Assembly (NCBI GenBank): GCA_030390025.1
Contig: CM059432.1
Coordinates: 88,724,001 to 88,788,000 of the forward strand
DNA from: Squalus acanthias
Lineage: Eukaryota
DNA length: 64,000 nt
Direction of reading: 5' to 3'
Position 1 is the stretch's first letter. Each line of letters opens with the position of its first letter. Position numbers and translations under genes: made by a program. The notes beneath the pieces were generated by a model. It did not search any database and was not told the DNA's origin. It was given only the letters and a program-made list of their open reading frames with translations. Shown one piece after another: positions 34,722 through 47,389 of the stretch.

Positions 34722-36864
34722 CTACACCCTCTCTAAGGCCTTCACATCATTCCTAAATTGCTGTGCCCAGAATTGGACACAATACTCCAGTTGAGGCCGA
34801 ACCAGTGTTTTATACAGGTTCATCATAATTTCCATGCTTTTGTACTCTATACCTCTATTCATGAAGCCCAGGATCCCGTAAGCTTTTTTAACTGCTTTCT
34901 CAACCTGCCCTGCCACCTTCAACAATTTGTGCACATATACCCCTGGGTCTCGCTGTTCATGCACCCCGTTTAGGATTGTACCCTTTAGTTTATATTTCAA
35001 CTCCTCACTCTTTCTACCAAATGTATCATTTCACATTTTTCTGCGTTAAATTTCATCTGCCACGCGTCTGCCCATTTCACCAGCCTGTCTATGTCCTCTT
35101 GAAGTCTATCACTATCCTCCGCACTGTTCACTATACTTCCAAGTTTTGTGTCATCCGGAAATTTTGAAATTGTGCCCTTTACACCCACATCCAAGTCATT
35201 AATACATATCAAGAAAAGCAGTGGTCCTAGTACCGACCCCTAGGGAACACCACTGTATACCTTCCTCCAGTCCGAAATACAAACGTTCACCACTACTCTC
35301 TGTTTCTTGTCACTTAGCCAATTTTGTATCCATGCTGCCACTGTCCCTTTTATTCCATGGGCTTCAACTTTGCTGGCAAGCCTATTATGTGGCACTTTGT
35401 CGAACGCCTTTTGGAAATCCATGTACACCACGTCAACCGCATTGCCCTCATCAACCCTCTCTGTTACCTCATCAAAAAACTCGATCAAGTTGATTAAACA
35501 CGATTTGCCTTTAACAAATCTGTGCTGGCTTTCCTTAATTAATCCACACTTATCCAAGTGACTGTTAATTTTGACCCTGATTATTGTTTCTAAATGCTTC
35601 CCCCTGCCGAGGTTAAACTGACCAGCCTATAGTTGCTGGGTTTATCTTTACACACTTTTTTGAACAAGGGTGTAACATTTTCAATTCTCCAGTCCTCTGG
35701 TACCACCCCTGTCTCGAAGGAGGATTGGAAGATTATGGCCAGTACCTCCGCAATTTCTTCCTTCAATTCCTTCAGCATCCTAGAATGCATCCCATCTGGT
35801 CCTGGTGACTTATCTACTTTAATTACAGCCAGCCTTTCTAGTAGGTTGTCTTTATCAATTCTTATCCCATCCAGTATCTCCTCTACCTCCTCCTTTATTA
35901 TGTCTATGGCAGCACCCTCTTCCTTGTTGAAGACAGATGCAATGTACTCATTTAGTACCTGAGCCATACCCTCTGCCTCCATGTGTAGGTCTCCTTTTTG
36001 GTCCCTAATCGCCGCCCCCCCCCCCACCTTATTATCCGTTCACTATTTATATGCCTATAGAAGACTTTTGGATTACCTTTTATGTTAGCTGCCATTCTAT
36101 TCTCATACCCTCTCTTTGCTCCTCTTATTTTCTTTTTCACTTCTCCTCTGAACTTTCTATATTTAGCCTGATTCTCAGATGTATTCTCAACCTGACATCT
36201 GTCATACGCGCTCCTTTTCTGCTTCATCTTACTCTCTATCTCTTTTGTCATCCAGGGAGCTCTGACTTTAGTTGCCCTACTTTTCCCCCTAGTGGGAATG
36301 TACCTCAGCTATACCCGAACTGTTTCCTCTTTAAAGGCAGCCCATTGTTCCATTACAGTTTTGCCTGCCAATCTTTGATTCCAATTTACCCGGGCCAGAT
36401 CCGTTCTCATCCCACTGAAATTTGCCTTCCTCCAATTAAGTATTTTTACTCTAGATTGCTCCCTGTCCTTTTCCATAGCTAATCTAAACCTTATGCTGCT
36501 ATGATCACTGTTCCCTAAATGTTCACCTACTGAAACTTGCTCCACTTGACCTACTTAATGCCCCAGAACCAGATCCAGCAATGCCTTCTTCCTTGTTGGG
36601 CTGGAAACATATTGATCAAGAAAGTTCTCCTCAACACACTTCAGAAATTCTTCCCTTCTCTGCCCTGAACACGATTACGATCCCAATCTATATTAGGATA
36701 GTTGAAGTCCCCCATTATCACTACTCTATAGTTCTTGCACCTCTCTGTAATTTCTCTGCAAATTTGCTCCTCCATATTTTCCCCACTAGTTGGTGGCCTA
36801 TAGAATACACTTAGTAGTGTAATGGCACCTCTATTGTGTCTTAACTCTAGCCATATAGATTCTG

Positions 36865-37786
36865 ATGTGGAGATGCCGGCGTTGGACTGGGGTGGACAAA
36901 AATGAGAAGTCGCACAACACCAGGTTATAGTCCAACAGATTTATTTAAAATTACAAGCTTTCGGAGCTGTCGCCCCTTCTTCAGGTAGGGTAGCTGTGAG
37001 AGAATCTCCCAGAATTCACAATATAAACACAGAAAAAATGTATTCGAATCTTTCCCTACATCAAAGACACACTAAGAGCACAGCCAAGACAATGAGATGT
37101 GCCCCAGGGGGTCCAACGTGTCAAAACACCTGCTGGCTGCATATCCTCTCCATTTGGGTTTAAAAAAAAACCTGGAAAGACCGGCCATGATGTCAAGTCA
37201 CGTTCTGTATCGTGACATGAACCCGATATCGCGATTGAGGCCATCCTCATGAGTGCGGAACTTGGCTATCAGTTTCTGCTCTATGATTTTGCGCTGTCGT
37301 GTATCCCGAAGGGGAACACTTCAGCAGTCAGGGGCATTCAGCCTCGGATCTGCGGGTAAGCGTTCTCCAAGGCGGCCTTCGGGATACACGACAGCACAAA
37401 ATCATAGAGCAGAAACTGATAGCCAAGTTCCGCACTCATGAGGATGGCCTCAATCGCGATATCGGGTTCATGTCACGATACAGAACGTGACTTGACATCA
37501 CGGCCGGTTTTTCCAGGTTTTTTTTAAAACCCAAATGGAGAGGATATGCAGCCAGCAGATGTTTTGACACGTTGGACCCCCTGGGACACATCTCATTGTC
37601 TTGGCTGTGTTCTTAGTGTGTCTTTGATGTAGGGAAAGATTCGAATACATTTTTTCTGTGTTTATATTGTGAATTCTGGGAGATTCTCTCACATCTACCC
37701 TACCTGAAGAAGGGGCGACAGCTCCGAAAGCTTGTAATTTTAAATAAATCTGTTGGACTATAACCTGGTGTTGTGCGACTTCTCAT
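36865..37786 (-). mobile_element. Truncated Penelope-like element with inverted pLTR (fold-back), 13-bp TSD CATATAGATTCTG
   Basis: Arms 36902-37312 and 37376-37786 are reverse complements. Contains the PLE C-terminal peptide EQKLIAKFRTHEDGLNRD. TSD at 36852-36864 and 37784-37796. Confidence 0.92.
37704..37736 (+). ncRNA. Minimal hammerhead-ribozyme-like motif in Penelope pLTR
   Basis: CTGAAGA-A-GGGGC-GACA-GCTCC-GAAA-GCTTGTA contains the core boxes CUGANGA and GAAA, a 5-bp stem II and palindromic AAGCTT. A mirror copy lies at about 36952-36984 on minus. Confidence 0.65.
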
Positions 37787-38057
37787 ATAGATTCTGTCCT
37801 TGATCCCTCCAGGACATCCTCCCTCTCCAGCACTGTAACATTTTCCTTAACCAATACTGCCACACCACCTCCTATCTTTCCTTCCCTATCTTTCCTGAAC
37901 ACCCTATATCCAGGAATATTTAATACCCAATCCTGCCCTTTTTTGAGCCAGGTCTCCGTTATTGCCACAACATCATATTCCCATGTAGCTATTTGCGCGT
38001 GCAGCTCACCAACCTTGTTTCCATGTAACTATTTGCACCTGTAGCTGTTCAATCTGC

Positions 38058-38465
38058 AGATCAACTGAAAATGTTCAAGATGTTCAGTCATCCTATCCTT
38101 AATTATAGACTCTAGTAATTTCCCAATCACAGCTGTTAGGCTAACTGGTCTATAATTCCTTGGTTTCTCTCTCTTGCCATTCTTAAATAACGGAGCAACA
38201 TATGCAATTTTCCAATCTAAAGGAATGGTTCCTGAATCAAGAGAACTTTGGAAGATTATAGTTAGGGCATCTGCAGTGTGCTCACCTATTTCCATTTAAA
38301 CCCTGGGATGGAAACCATCTGGTCCTGGGGATTTGTCACTTTTTAGTGCCATTATTTTCTTCATTACTGTTATTTTACTTACATTAATTTTATTGAGTCT
38401 CTGTCCCCGATTCAATATTAGTTTCCTTGGGAATTCCGGCATGCTATCCTCTTCTTCTACTGTAA
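38058..38465 (-). mobile_element. CR1 LINE fragment A, upstream part
   Basis: KSPGPDGFHPRV and IIFQSSLDSG..PLDWKIA...NYRPVSLT. Confidence 0.88.
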
Positions 38466-38467
38466 AT

Positions 38468-38727
38468 ATCGGTGGTCGTGCCTTCAGCTGCCTAGGCCCT
38501 AAGCTCTGGAATTCCCTCCCTAAATTTCTCCGTCTCTCCACTTCTCTTTCCTTCTTTGAGACACTCCTTAAAACCTACCTCTTCGACCAAGCTTTTGGTC
38601 ATCTGCCTAAACATCTCTTTATATGGCTGGGTGTCAATTTCTTCTTTAATAACACTCCTGTGAAGTGCCTTGGGGTGTTTTATTACGTTAAAGGTGCTAT
38701 ATAAATATAAATTGTTGTTGTTGTTAT
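38468..38727 (+). mobile_element. L2-type LINE 3' end (or L2-tailed SINE)
   Basis: GGRAFSCLGPKLWNSLP...LKTYLFDQAF, tail GCTATATAAAT...(GTT)n. Confidence 0.85.
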
Positions 38728-39099
38728 AGGGGAGTGAGTGCGGGTGGGGGGTTAAATGTGGAAAAATTGGACTGATTCGGGGAGCACTCATCAGCCAGAA
38801 GGAGCAGGAGTGCTTCCTCCTGGCCCCTCAAGCTCCTCCACCATCAACTGCATCCCATACAAGCCCCCACCCCCGGGATTGGATCCGCCCCCTCCCCCGG
38901 GGTCGGGGATCGGACCTACCTGGTCCTGCAGACACTTCTCCAGTGTTTCCTGCCCATCTGGAAGCCAAGCCTGTCAATCAGGCTGACTTTAGGGTGGGAA
39001 ACCTATCAATGATGCCAGACGCACACTGTGGAGTTAAATCTCTACAGTGTGTGAGAAACCCAGACTTCCGGGTTTCCCGCGTGCTACAAAAATTGGAGA

Positions 39100-40645
39100 A
39101 GGCGCAGCAGTACTTCTCATTGGATGAAGAGGGCCAGGGTGAAGGCGAGGAAGCAGAGGAAGGAGGGCCACCTCAACACCTTGCAGCAAGAGATGCCAGC
39201 GATGAGTTAATTGCACCGCAGTCTCGGTGACCACCTCATTCTCCGTACACCAAGCTCTCTGCATTAACAGCCGTTTCTATATCGTTCATCCCTTCCTTAG
39301 TCCTGTATTAAAGAATATTGGGGGGAGAAATTCCCTACCTTATCACCACCCGTTAGCACGGTGTAATATGGAGAAAGCCGCCACCGCACTTCTGCCAGCT
39401 GGTGGTCGGTCCTGCGGCATCCTCCATTTTCATAGCGCTGCCGGTAAGTAGCATTGCCCTGAAAAGAAAAATGACACTGTGGTGACGTGCACACCGACTT
39501 AACGTCACAATTGCGAACTTTGACCCTAGCGCTGAGTGTCAAATCAATCTTCTTCTTCTTCATCTTCTTCTTCACTCTTCCCTCCCTCTTCTTGGCCAAC
39601 CACTGGGTGGGCAGTCTGCATTTCTTGGGTGTGTGAAATGAGGAAGGCACAAGGGTGAGAGGAGGGCGGGAAAGCAAGAGGTGCATGCCAGAAGGAGGAT
39701 AACGTATGAGGATACCAGCATCTTATATCTTTACTGCCCCGTTGCTGGCCAAGGGCTCAGCCATGCCCCTGCCAAGATTGGCTTGCACTGTCTCCTCCAA
39801 GGGGGTGAGGTGAAGCTAGGAATGGGAGATGTGCTTCATGATTGGTACAGATTATTGTTAGGTGAGTGATGGGGGGAGGGTGGCGGTGGGTGAGGAGTCG
39901 TGCATTGAGAAGTGTGTGAGGCTAGTGGTGCAGTTGGTAGGAGACGGCTTTTGAAGATGCATTCACTGACCTTGACCTGAGGTCATGAAGCTTCTTTGGG
40001 CACTGGAGCCAGGTGGTGGGGGCGACACTGCCGGCAGTGACGGCCTCGGTGATCTGGTCCCACATCATTCTTTCTGGAGGGCTTCCTGGCCCCTGTGGGT
40101 AGAGGACCTCTCTTGCAGTGTTGACCCCCTGCACAAAGCTGGAGTGCTGCGTGTGAGACCCTGGGTGCCCCTTCCCTGGCTTGCTGAGCCATTTGTGTTA
40201 GTGCTGAAGCACTTTTCCCATTTTTTGAGGTTCTGAAGGGAATTCAGCTTCAAGTGTTGACTTCTTTTTAGTGATCATTTTTTTTTTGAAAGACAGTAAG
40301 GGCTGAAAAATGCATTTTTCACTTGATTTTAATTTTTATTAGTTCTGAACGCATTGCCCCTTTAATTCATAGCCCTTTTAATTGCCCACAATTCATTGTG
40401 AACTTCACAGCCTCGCTCCCAGAGGCTGTAAGAAGCTGCAACACCACTTCAGGACGGGAACTTCGGGTCAGATGCCTCCACTAACGCCACCAGGAGGGCG
40501 TTACATTGTAAGTTAGCGCTGGGCTAGAAATCTTCAACTCCAAGTGTGAATCTTTGGCCGGTAGCACTGCGTCCATTTTCAGCGTCCGTAAACCCGAGGC
40601 CGCAGTGACATCGGCAGGTTTTTGTCAATGTCCAATTTCTAGGCC
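39100..40645. mobile_element. Harbinger remnant (transposase acidic tail on plus; Myb-like gene on minus from 40192)
   Basis: MAQQAREGAPRVSHAAL...WDQITEAV...WLQCPKKLHDL. Ends CCAATTTCTAGGCC. Confidence 0.75.
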
Positions 40646-41989
40646 ATTGAAACCATTCAGCCAACTTCTCTATCAATGACATACTGACAATGCAGATTCA
40701 GAAGCTGCTATAAACCCACACTGGAGACCAAAATGCCAAATGTGATAAAGGTGATAAATTTAATTGCCAACACAATAATTACCTTCCATTCATTTTTCAC
40801 CTAAGTGTCAACCCATGCCGTATTTCTTATACAAAGGTTTCCCAAGTCTACTACCCCTATGGGGTGCTCCAAAAGTGGCCTGAGCAGATTTGGTGGCAGG
40901 CTGCTGTGACTCATGTTGGGACCATTGAGATGCTTGTGGCTGGTGACTTCTGGGTGAGGGCCCAGCCGCAGACTGCTGCACTTTGGTTGTTGCCGGGGCA
41001 GTCTAGCCCAGCTGACTTGGTTGAGGTGTGGCGAAGTTGCAGACATGCTGACATCCTGAAAAGACACCTACTGCTCCCACCGCGCCACTGACAGTCCTGT
41101 GAGGCTGGGGCTCATCACTTCCACTGATCTGTAGGACAGCAGACTGTAGAAGATGAGTGAGTCATTGAATGCCCCTATCTATTCGGCCCAAAAATCTGTC
41201 CAAGGTGGACACCTGTCTCTCCAAGATGGAGCCCAGAGCTGGCATAGCGATAGTTTGAGCTTGCACCACTTCAGAAGATGATCCTGCTCAAGGAGGCAAT
41301 CTTCTTTTCTCTGCAAGCCCAGTGAGGTCAGAATCCTTAGGCTCTGCAGGTGAGGAAAGGGCCTCCTGGCAGCTGGTCGTGCTCCTACTCTACCACCACC
41401 AGTTGCTCCTCCTTGTGGTACACTGTAACTAACTCAGTGCTACCTCCTCACACTCTCTGTCTAAATCCCTCAGCACGTGCTGATGCTTGTGACAGTTGAT
41501 GAGAATGATGCAGGGTGCTGTAAGGGGTTGGCTTGCATGGGGCCACTTACAGCGCTGTTAGACTGTTCTACCAGGCCTATAAAAACAGAAGAGGAACATC
41601 TGTTCTAATACTGCTGTGAAAAGTGCTTGCATTGCAATAAACTGTGAGTGATGTATTTCTGGTTGGTTGAATGAATACGTGAGTGAGTAGAATGGTACTA
41701 AAAGTGAGTTTTGCATTCAGACTGGGGCAACTATTTTGTATGCAGCACTATTGGTTAGCCTTATGTAAGCAGCCTTATGTTAGCAGGCCGACAGATGTGG
41801 GCGTGTTATAAAATGTGTGTTGGTGGTGCAAATGACAAGAGAGGGTGGGCGTGCCCATTTCTTGTAGTTTCACATCCCTCTCATAACTACTCATTTTACA
41901 TTGGCTTTTTCCATAATCAGGCCAGCTTCCTTGCTTGCCTTCTTTGTCACGAAAATGAAGAATTAGCAACAGGATTTTGGAAAGATATT

Positions 41990-42736
41990 GGCTCAGAATT
42001 TGTGGTCCTGATGATGGTGTACGCTCAGCGGACATCGTCGTAAGCATTCTGAAAGACCCTGCAAGTTCCGGGACACCATGCGCGAAAACCTGGAATTTGC
42101 GATCTGTCAAGGTTCACCTTGATAGATCTATTGCACCGACTAGAAATTCACTTTCACTGGCGCAGAGTTGGGCTATTTGCCCAAGTACTGTCCAGCAAAT
42201 GCCCACAAAACTCTTACGCCTGGAAAAAGCAAACGTAGGGCCTGCTTTCCCTAGTGTAATAGTTAATATAAATCTTAAATTAAAAATCTAAAAATAAAAA
42301 ATGATGCACAAACACTTAAAATTAGTTTATTCAAATTTGGGCCTGGATTAAAATGTTTAAAATTATTTTTCAAAAAATTAAATTTTTATTGTATTTATTG
42401 TATTGAAGGGACCTTTAATTAAATTTGAAAATGAGAACATTTATTTTGATGGCAGTTGTCTAAATTGTTTCATTATTTCGGGATTCCATTAGGGTTTATG
42501 AGGATTCCGTTTGTAAATGGGATCCTCCTTTCTCATTGGAGGACCTGGCCCACGTGATCCCAGGGACGCTTCCAAACCGCCTGCGTCCCTGGGATCGTGG
42601 GCGTGTACGTAAGTGTACACCTGCAGGCCCAGGACCCGAACTCTCCGTAGCTTTGGAGCCAGGAGGTAAGTTTGGAAATATTTCTTGGGTTGGAGGTGTA
42701 CTCCAGAGGTACGCCTCCGACCGCAAATTCAGGGCC
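41990..42736. mobile_element. Harbinger-type MITE, 747 bp, TSD ATT
   Basis: 18-bp imperfect TIR GGCTCAGAATTTGTGGTC / GGCCCTGAATTTGCGGTC with ATT on both sides. AT-rich core. Confidence 0.8.
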
Positions 42737-42740
42737 ATTT

Positions 42741-44660
42741 ACATAGAAACATAGAAACATAGAAGATAGGAGCAGGAGTAGGCCATTTGGCCCCTCAAGC
42801 CTGCTCCGCCATTCGATGAGATCATGGCTGATCATCCAAACTCAGTACCCTGTCCCTGCTTTCTCCCCATATCCCTTGATACCTTTAGCTTTAAGAAATA
42901 TATCTAACTCCTTCTTGAATATATTTACTGACTTGGCCTCAACTGCCTTCTGTGGTAGAGAATTCCACAGGTTCACCACTTTCTGGGTGAAGAAATTCCT
43001 CCTCATCTCTGTCCTAAATGGCTTACCCCTTATCTTTAGACTGTGACCTCTTGTTCTGGACTCACCCACCATCGGGAACATCCTTTCTGCATCCAGTCTG
43101 TCTAGTCCTGTTAGAATTTTATAAGTTTCAATGAGATCTCCTCTCATTCTTCTAACTCCAGCGAGTATAAGCCCAATCGACCCAATCTCTCCTCGTACGT
43201 CATTCCTGCCATCCCAGGTATCAGTCTGGTGAATCTTCGCTGCACTCCCTCCATGGCAAGAACATTCTTCCTCAGATAAGGCGACCAAAACTGCACACAA
43301 TACTCAAGGTGTGGTCTTACCAAGGCCCTGTACAGCTGCAGCAAGACATCCTTGTTCCTGTACTCGAATCCTCTCGCTACGAAGGCCAACATACCATTTG
43401 CCTTCTTAACCGCCTGCTGTACCTGCATGCTTACCTTCAGCGACTGGTGCACAAGGACACCCAGGTCTCGTTGCACTTCCCCTTCTCCCGATCTATTGCC
43501 GTTCAGATAATAATCTGCCTTTCTGTTTTTGCCACCAAAGTGGATAACCTCACATTTATCCACATTATACTGCATCTGCCATGCTTCTGCCCAATCACCC
43601 AACCTGTCCAAATCATACTGGAGTTTCTCGGCATCCTCCTCGCAGCACACACGCCCACCCAGCTTTGTGTCATCTGCAAACTTGGAGATATTACAGCTAG
43701 TTCCCTCGTCTAGATCATTAATATATATTGGCCCTGAAATTCGCCTCTCCGGCTTGCTGCGGGGGTAAGGATCGCGCGCGCACTTACCTACCGCGCCTGC
43801 CGTTGACCTCTGGGCCCACGGGAACTTCAGCTCCTGGGCCTGCTCCAAGTGCCGGCGCGCAGTGCTTGCGTGTCCCAGGCGTGTAGTTAGTGCGATGCAT
43901 CCCCTGGGATCATGTGGGCCATGGAGAGCCAATGGCAGCAGACCATCTTTCATTCATAGATTTGACAGGAAGACCTGTCAAATCTATGAATTGAAATCGG
44001 CCCCAAAAGAACAGCTAAACTTCAAATACATTTTTAAAAAACCATCACATTTATAAAATAACTATAAGTTAAATAAATTAACTACTTTAAACAAAAATTA
44101 AAATTTTTGAAAAAATTAAAATACTTTTTAACAGTGCTAAAAATAAACTTACCTTTCTTTAAAGTATCTGAAAAAGATAAACCTGTTGAAAAATTTTTTA
44201 AATTATAATTAATTAACCACTTACCTTGTTAAAAACGGGTCCTGCACCTCCTTTTTAAAAGCGCAGGTTCTTCAATACTTACCCTCTCGGAGAAACCTGA
44301 AAAAAAACCTAAGTTTGCTGCGTGCGCGCAGCCTCTACCGCGCACGCGGTTCACCTCTGAACTGCTCCCTTCACCAGACCGGAAGTTCCGGTTTCCCGCG
44401 CATGCGCAGTGCATGCAGGAAACCGACACTTCAGGAGGCCTTGCGGGTGAGTACACAGTGCATACTCACCCGGCAAGTGCCGAAGTTTTGACCCAATGTG
44501 AATAGCTGGGGTCATAGCAATGATCCCTGCGGAACCCCACTAGTCACTGCCTGCCACTCAGAAAAAGACCTGTTTATTCCAACTCTTTGCTTCCTGTCTG
44601 CCAACCAGTTCTCTATCCAAGTCAATACCTTGCCCCCAATCCCATGTGCCTTAACTTTAC
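42741..44660 (-). mobile_element. 5'-truncated CR1 LINE (same family as 24410-26430), interrupted by a MITE
   Basis: IYINDLDEG...FADDTKLGG...LVRPHLEYCVQFWSP. Tail ACATAGAAACATAG on plus at 42741. Confidence 0.93.
43730..44494. mobile_element. Harbinger-type MITE, 765 bp, related to 41990-42736 in opposite orientation
   Basis: Begins GGCCCTGAAATTCG. The CR1 rejoins as ATATATT/GTGAATAGC with an ATT/AAT duplication. Shares CCCTGGGATCAYGTGGGCC with 41990-42736. Confidence 0.78.
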
Positions 44661-44804
44661 CAGTTTTTTCCAGCTAATGCCTGGCTGAAGCAACAAACGA
44701 AGGTTGCTCACCACTGAAAAACACAAAGTTATTGTGGTCAATGAAAGGAGCCACTGTGCCTCTCTTTATATAATGTCTTGCGCTCATTTAAATGTAAAAA
44801 CAAT

Positions 44805-45052
44805 AAATATTTGCATTTATATAGCGCCTTTAATGTAGTACAATGTCCCAAGGCGCTTCACAGGAGCGTTATCAGACAAAATTTGACACCGAGGCAACTA
44901 AAGAGATATTAGGACAGGCAACCAAAAGCTTGGTCAAAGAGGTAGGTTTTAAGCAGCATCTTAAAGAAGAAGAGAAAGAGGTAGAGAGGCAGAGACGTTT
45001 AGTGAGGGAATTTCAGAGCTTAGGGCCTTGGCAGCTGAAGGCATGGCCACCA
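44805..45052 (-). mobile_element. L2-type 3' end fragment
   Basis: Reverse-complement homolog of 38468-38727. Confidence 0.85.
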
Positions 45053-45897
45053 ACTGAGAATGGAAAACCCTGCACCATTGTGCACAAGGGTGGCTTCACC
45101 AAAGGGTGCCTCAAAGATGTGTGAAAATGAACAGAGTGACAGTAGGATTGTGCAACTACATTTGCAAATGGATCAATCTAAAAGATTATGCTCTTACATA
45201 GTAAAGTGCATAATTGAGTAGGTACTGCAGATTGCTCACACAGTATTGATATCAAATCTTCAGAACTGTGAAGGCTTTTATGGCATAACATTTAAAAAAG
45301 TGAATACAGGGTAGATTTTACAAATTCCTGCTCCCGCTGTGGAGCATCAAATGTACTGGGATTTCAGGTGGGAAGCTCAGTGGGCCCAGAAGGATTTTCT
45401 GTAAATAAAATTCATAGGGGGAAAAATTTGGTTGGTTAGCGTCTCCCGTTAGTGCCTCTGGGGGGCGCTAACGAGGTGCTAACGATTTACAGCCGGAGCG
45501 CGGCGATGTTAGCGCCGCCCGCGAAATTGATCTGGCGGTTTGCGGTGGTGCTAAACACTACCGCCATGATCTCTTGCGCCTGGAGATCGAAGCGTTATCC
45601 AAGCATGCAACGCCCTGGCAGTGCCCCGGACCGGAAATTGATTCTCGCCCCCTGCCTTAGCGCCTGCCACTAGGAATGACAGGTAGAGGGGGATGTTTTG
45701 CAGTCGGCTGGGAGCTGGGGGAGCACTATTTAAAGGCGTGCACTTCCTGCTTTTTCCTGTCGGCAAAATATTCTACATGTGCAGGTTGAGAGATGGAGAG
45801 AGGCATCTAGCTGTCCTACAAAGAGCTTTGTTCCTCACCAACACTTTTCAGGTTTCCAATTCTGTCAGCTTTATTACTACCATATTTAGAAGATTAA

Positions 45898-47078
45898 ATG
45901 GGGGCTGTACTAACATGGGGCGTCGTCCTCCAGCTTCACCTTTGGAGGCAGCAGAGGCGCAGAGAGAGAGAGTGGCAAACGTGGCCAGAGGGAGGAGGGC
46001 CAACAGGGCTCTGCACAGGAGACCTTACCCTCCCAGGGTATTCAGGGAGCATTTCTCCTATATCCATTTGTCCGATGAGCAGTGTTTTAGAAGGCTGCAT
46101 TTCAGCAAGGAGGTGGTCACAGAGCTCTGCCACCTCCTGCAACCAGATCTGCAGCCTCAGCTCAGGACCAGGACATCTCTGTCAGTGACAGTGAAGGTGA
46201 CGGTGGCTCTCAATTTCTACGCCAGTGGCTCCTTCCAGGCTTCAACTGTGGATATTGTGAATATCTCCCAGTTCGCCGTCCATTGTTGCATTCAGGAGGT
46301 GACAAATGCTCTATACCAAAGGAGAAGGGAGTACATCTCTTTCCCCATGACCCGAGACAAACAGCGTGAACGCGCATGTGGCTTTGCTAGGATAGCGGGC
46401 TTCCCCATGGTTCAGGGCGCCATTGACTGCACGCATGTGGCATTGCGGGCACCTCATGAAAATGCAGAGGTTTTCCGCAACCGCAAAGGCTTCCACTCTC
46501 TCAACGTCCAGTTGGTTTGCAACCACAGACAGTGCATCCTCACCGTCAATGCCCGCTATCCTGACGGCAGCCACGATGCCTTCATCCTGCACCAGACTGG
46601 TGTCCCAGACCTCTTCCAACCACCGCGTCAACCACGTGGCTGGCTCCTCGGGGACAAGGTTAATCCACTCTGCACCTGGCTGATGGCACCACTCCGTAAC
46701 CCCAACACTCCTGCTGAGCTCGCCTATAATGAGAGCCATAGCGCCACCAGGAACCTCATTGAACAGACGATCGGCATCTTGAAACAATGGTTCCGGTGTC
46801 TTGACCACTCTGGAGGAGCCCTGCAGTACTCTCCTGAATGAGTATCGGTTTTCATTGTTGTGTGCTGCATGCTTCACAACCTCGCAATTATGAGGACTCA
46901 GCCATTGCCACCAGGGATTGGTGCACCACTTCAGGAGGAGGAAGAGGGAGAGGAGGAGGAGGAGGAGGAGGCGGAGGAGGATGAAGAGGAGGATGAGCAG
47001 CAGCAACGTGGGAGGGAGGCGCTCAATGTTGCCTCTGCAAGGGCCGTCCGTGAACGCCTGATAAGACACCGCTTCTGA
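45898..47078 (+). pseudogene. Harbinger DDE transposase, nearly intact (TGA at 46839-46841; probable early frameshift)
   Basis: GAIDCTHV (D), LLGDK (D), RNLIEQTIG (E), [21 protein letters not shown]. The frame continues after the stop with CCMLHNLA and poly-Glu. Confidence 0.93.
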
Positions 47079-47389
47079 TCAATGACAGAGAAGAAGGCTT
47101 TTGGGATGAACAAGCACATCATCACAACCATCCCGCAGCTCCTATTGCCGGGCAAAGCTCCAATGATTCAAATGAGCAAAGTTGTGAGGTTACAATAAAA
47201 AAAATTATTTATCTGACAAACTGTGTCTTATTTATTCAGCGCAACCAATAACAAACAAACACAACAATTCATTAACTAACAAAACTGATTCTTACCACAT
47301 CGAGATAAGTGTAAACAGAGTGAATTAATATATTAACATGAACATCAAACTTTGGGACAAACATTCCCCCCATTTGTTGGAGAATTTTT

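Larger units (their letters stand above)
33193..38030 (-). mobile_element. CR1 LINE B, near-complete decayed ORF2, hosting two younger insertions
   Basis: From AITETWL (37968) through EHLGNSDH, YMDFQKAFDKVPH and the C-terminus to the (TTCTATGA)n tail at 33193-33235. Confidence 0.92.

Noticed and set aside
43144..43953. 269-aa ORF as a novel RT fusion protein
   Set aside because: It is a chance read-through from a MITE into the CR1 it interrupted.
45693..47078. Domesticated host HARBI1 gene
   Set aside because: It lies inside TIRs with a TSD and a Myb partner, has a premature stop, and has many paralogous decayed copies nearby.
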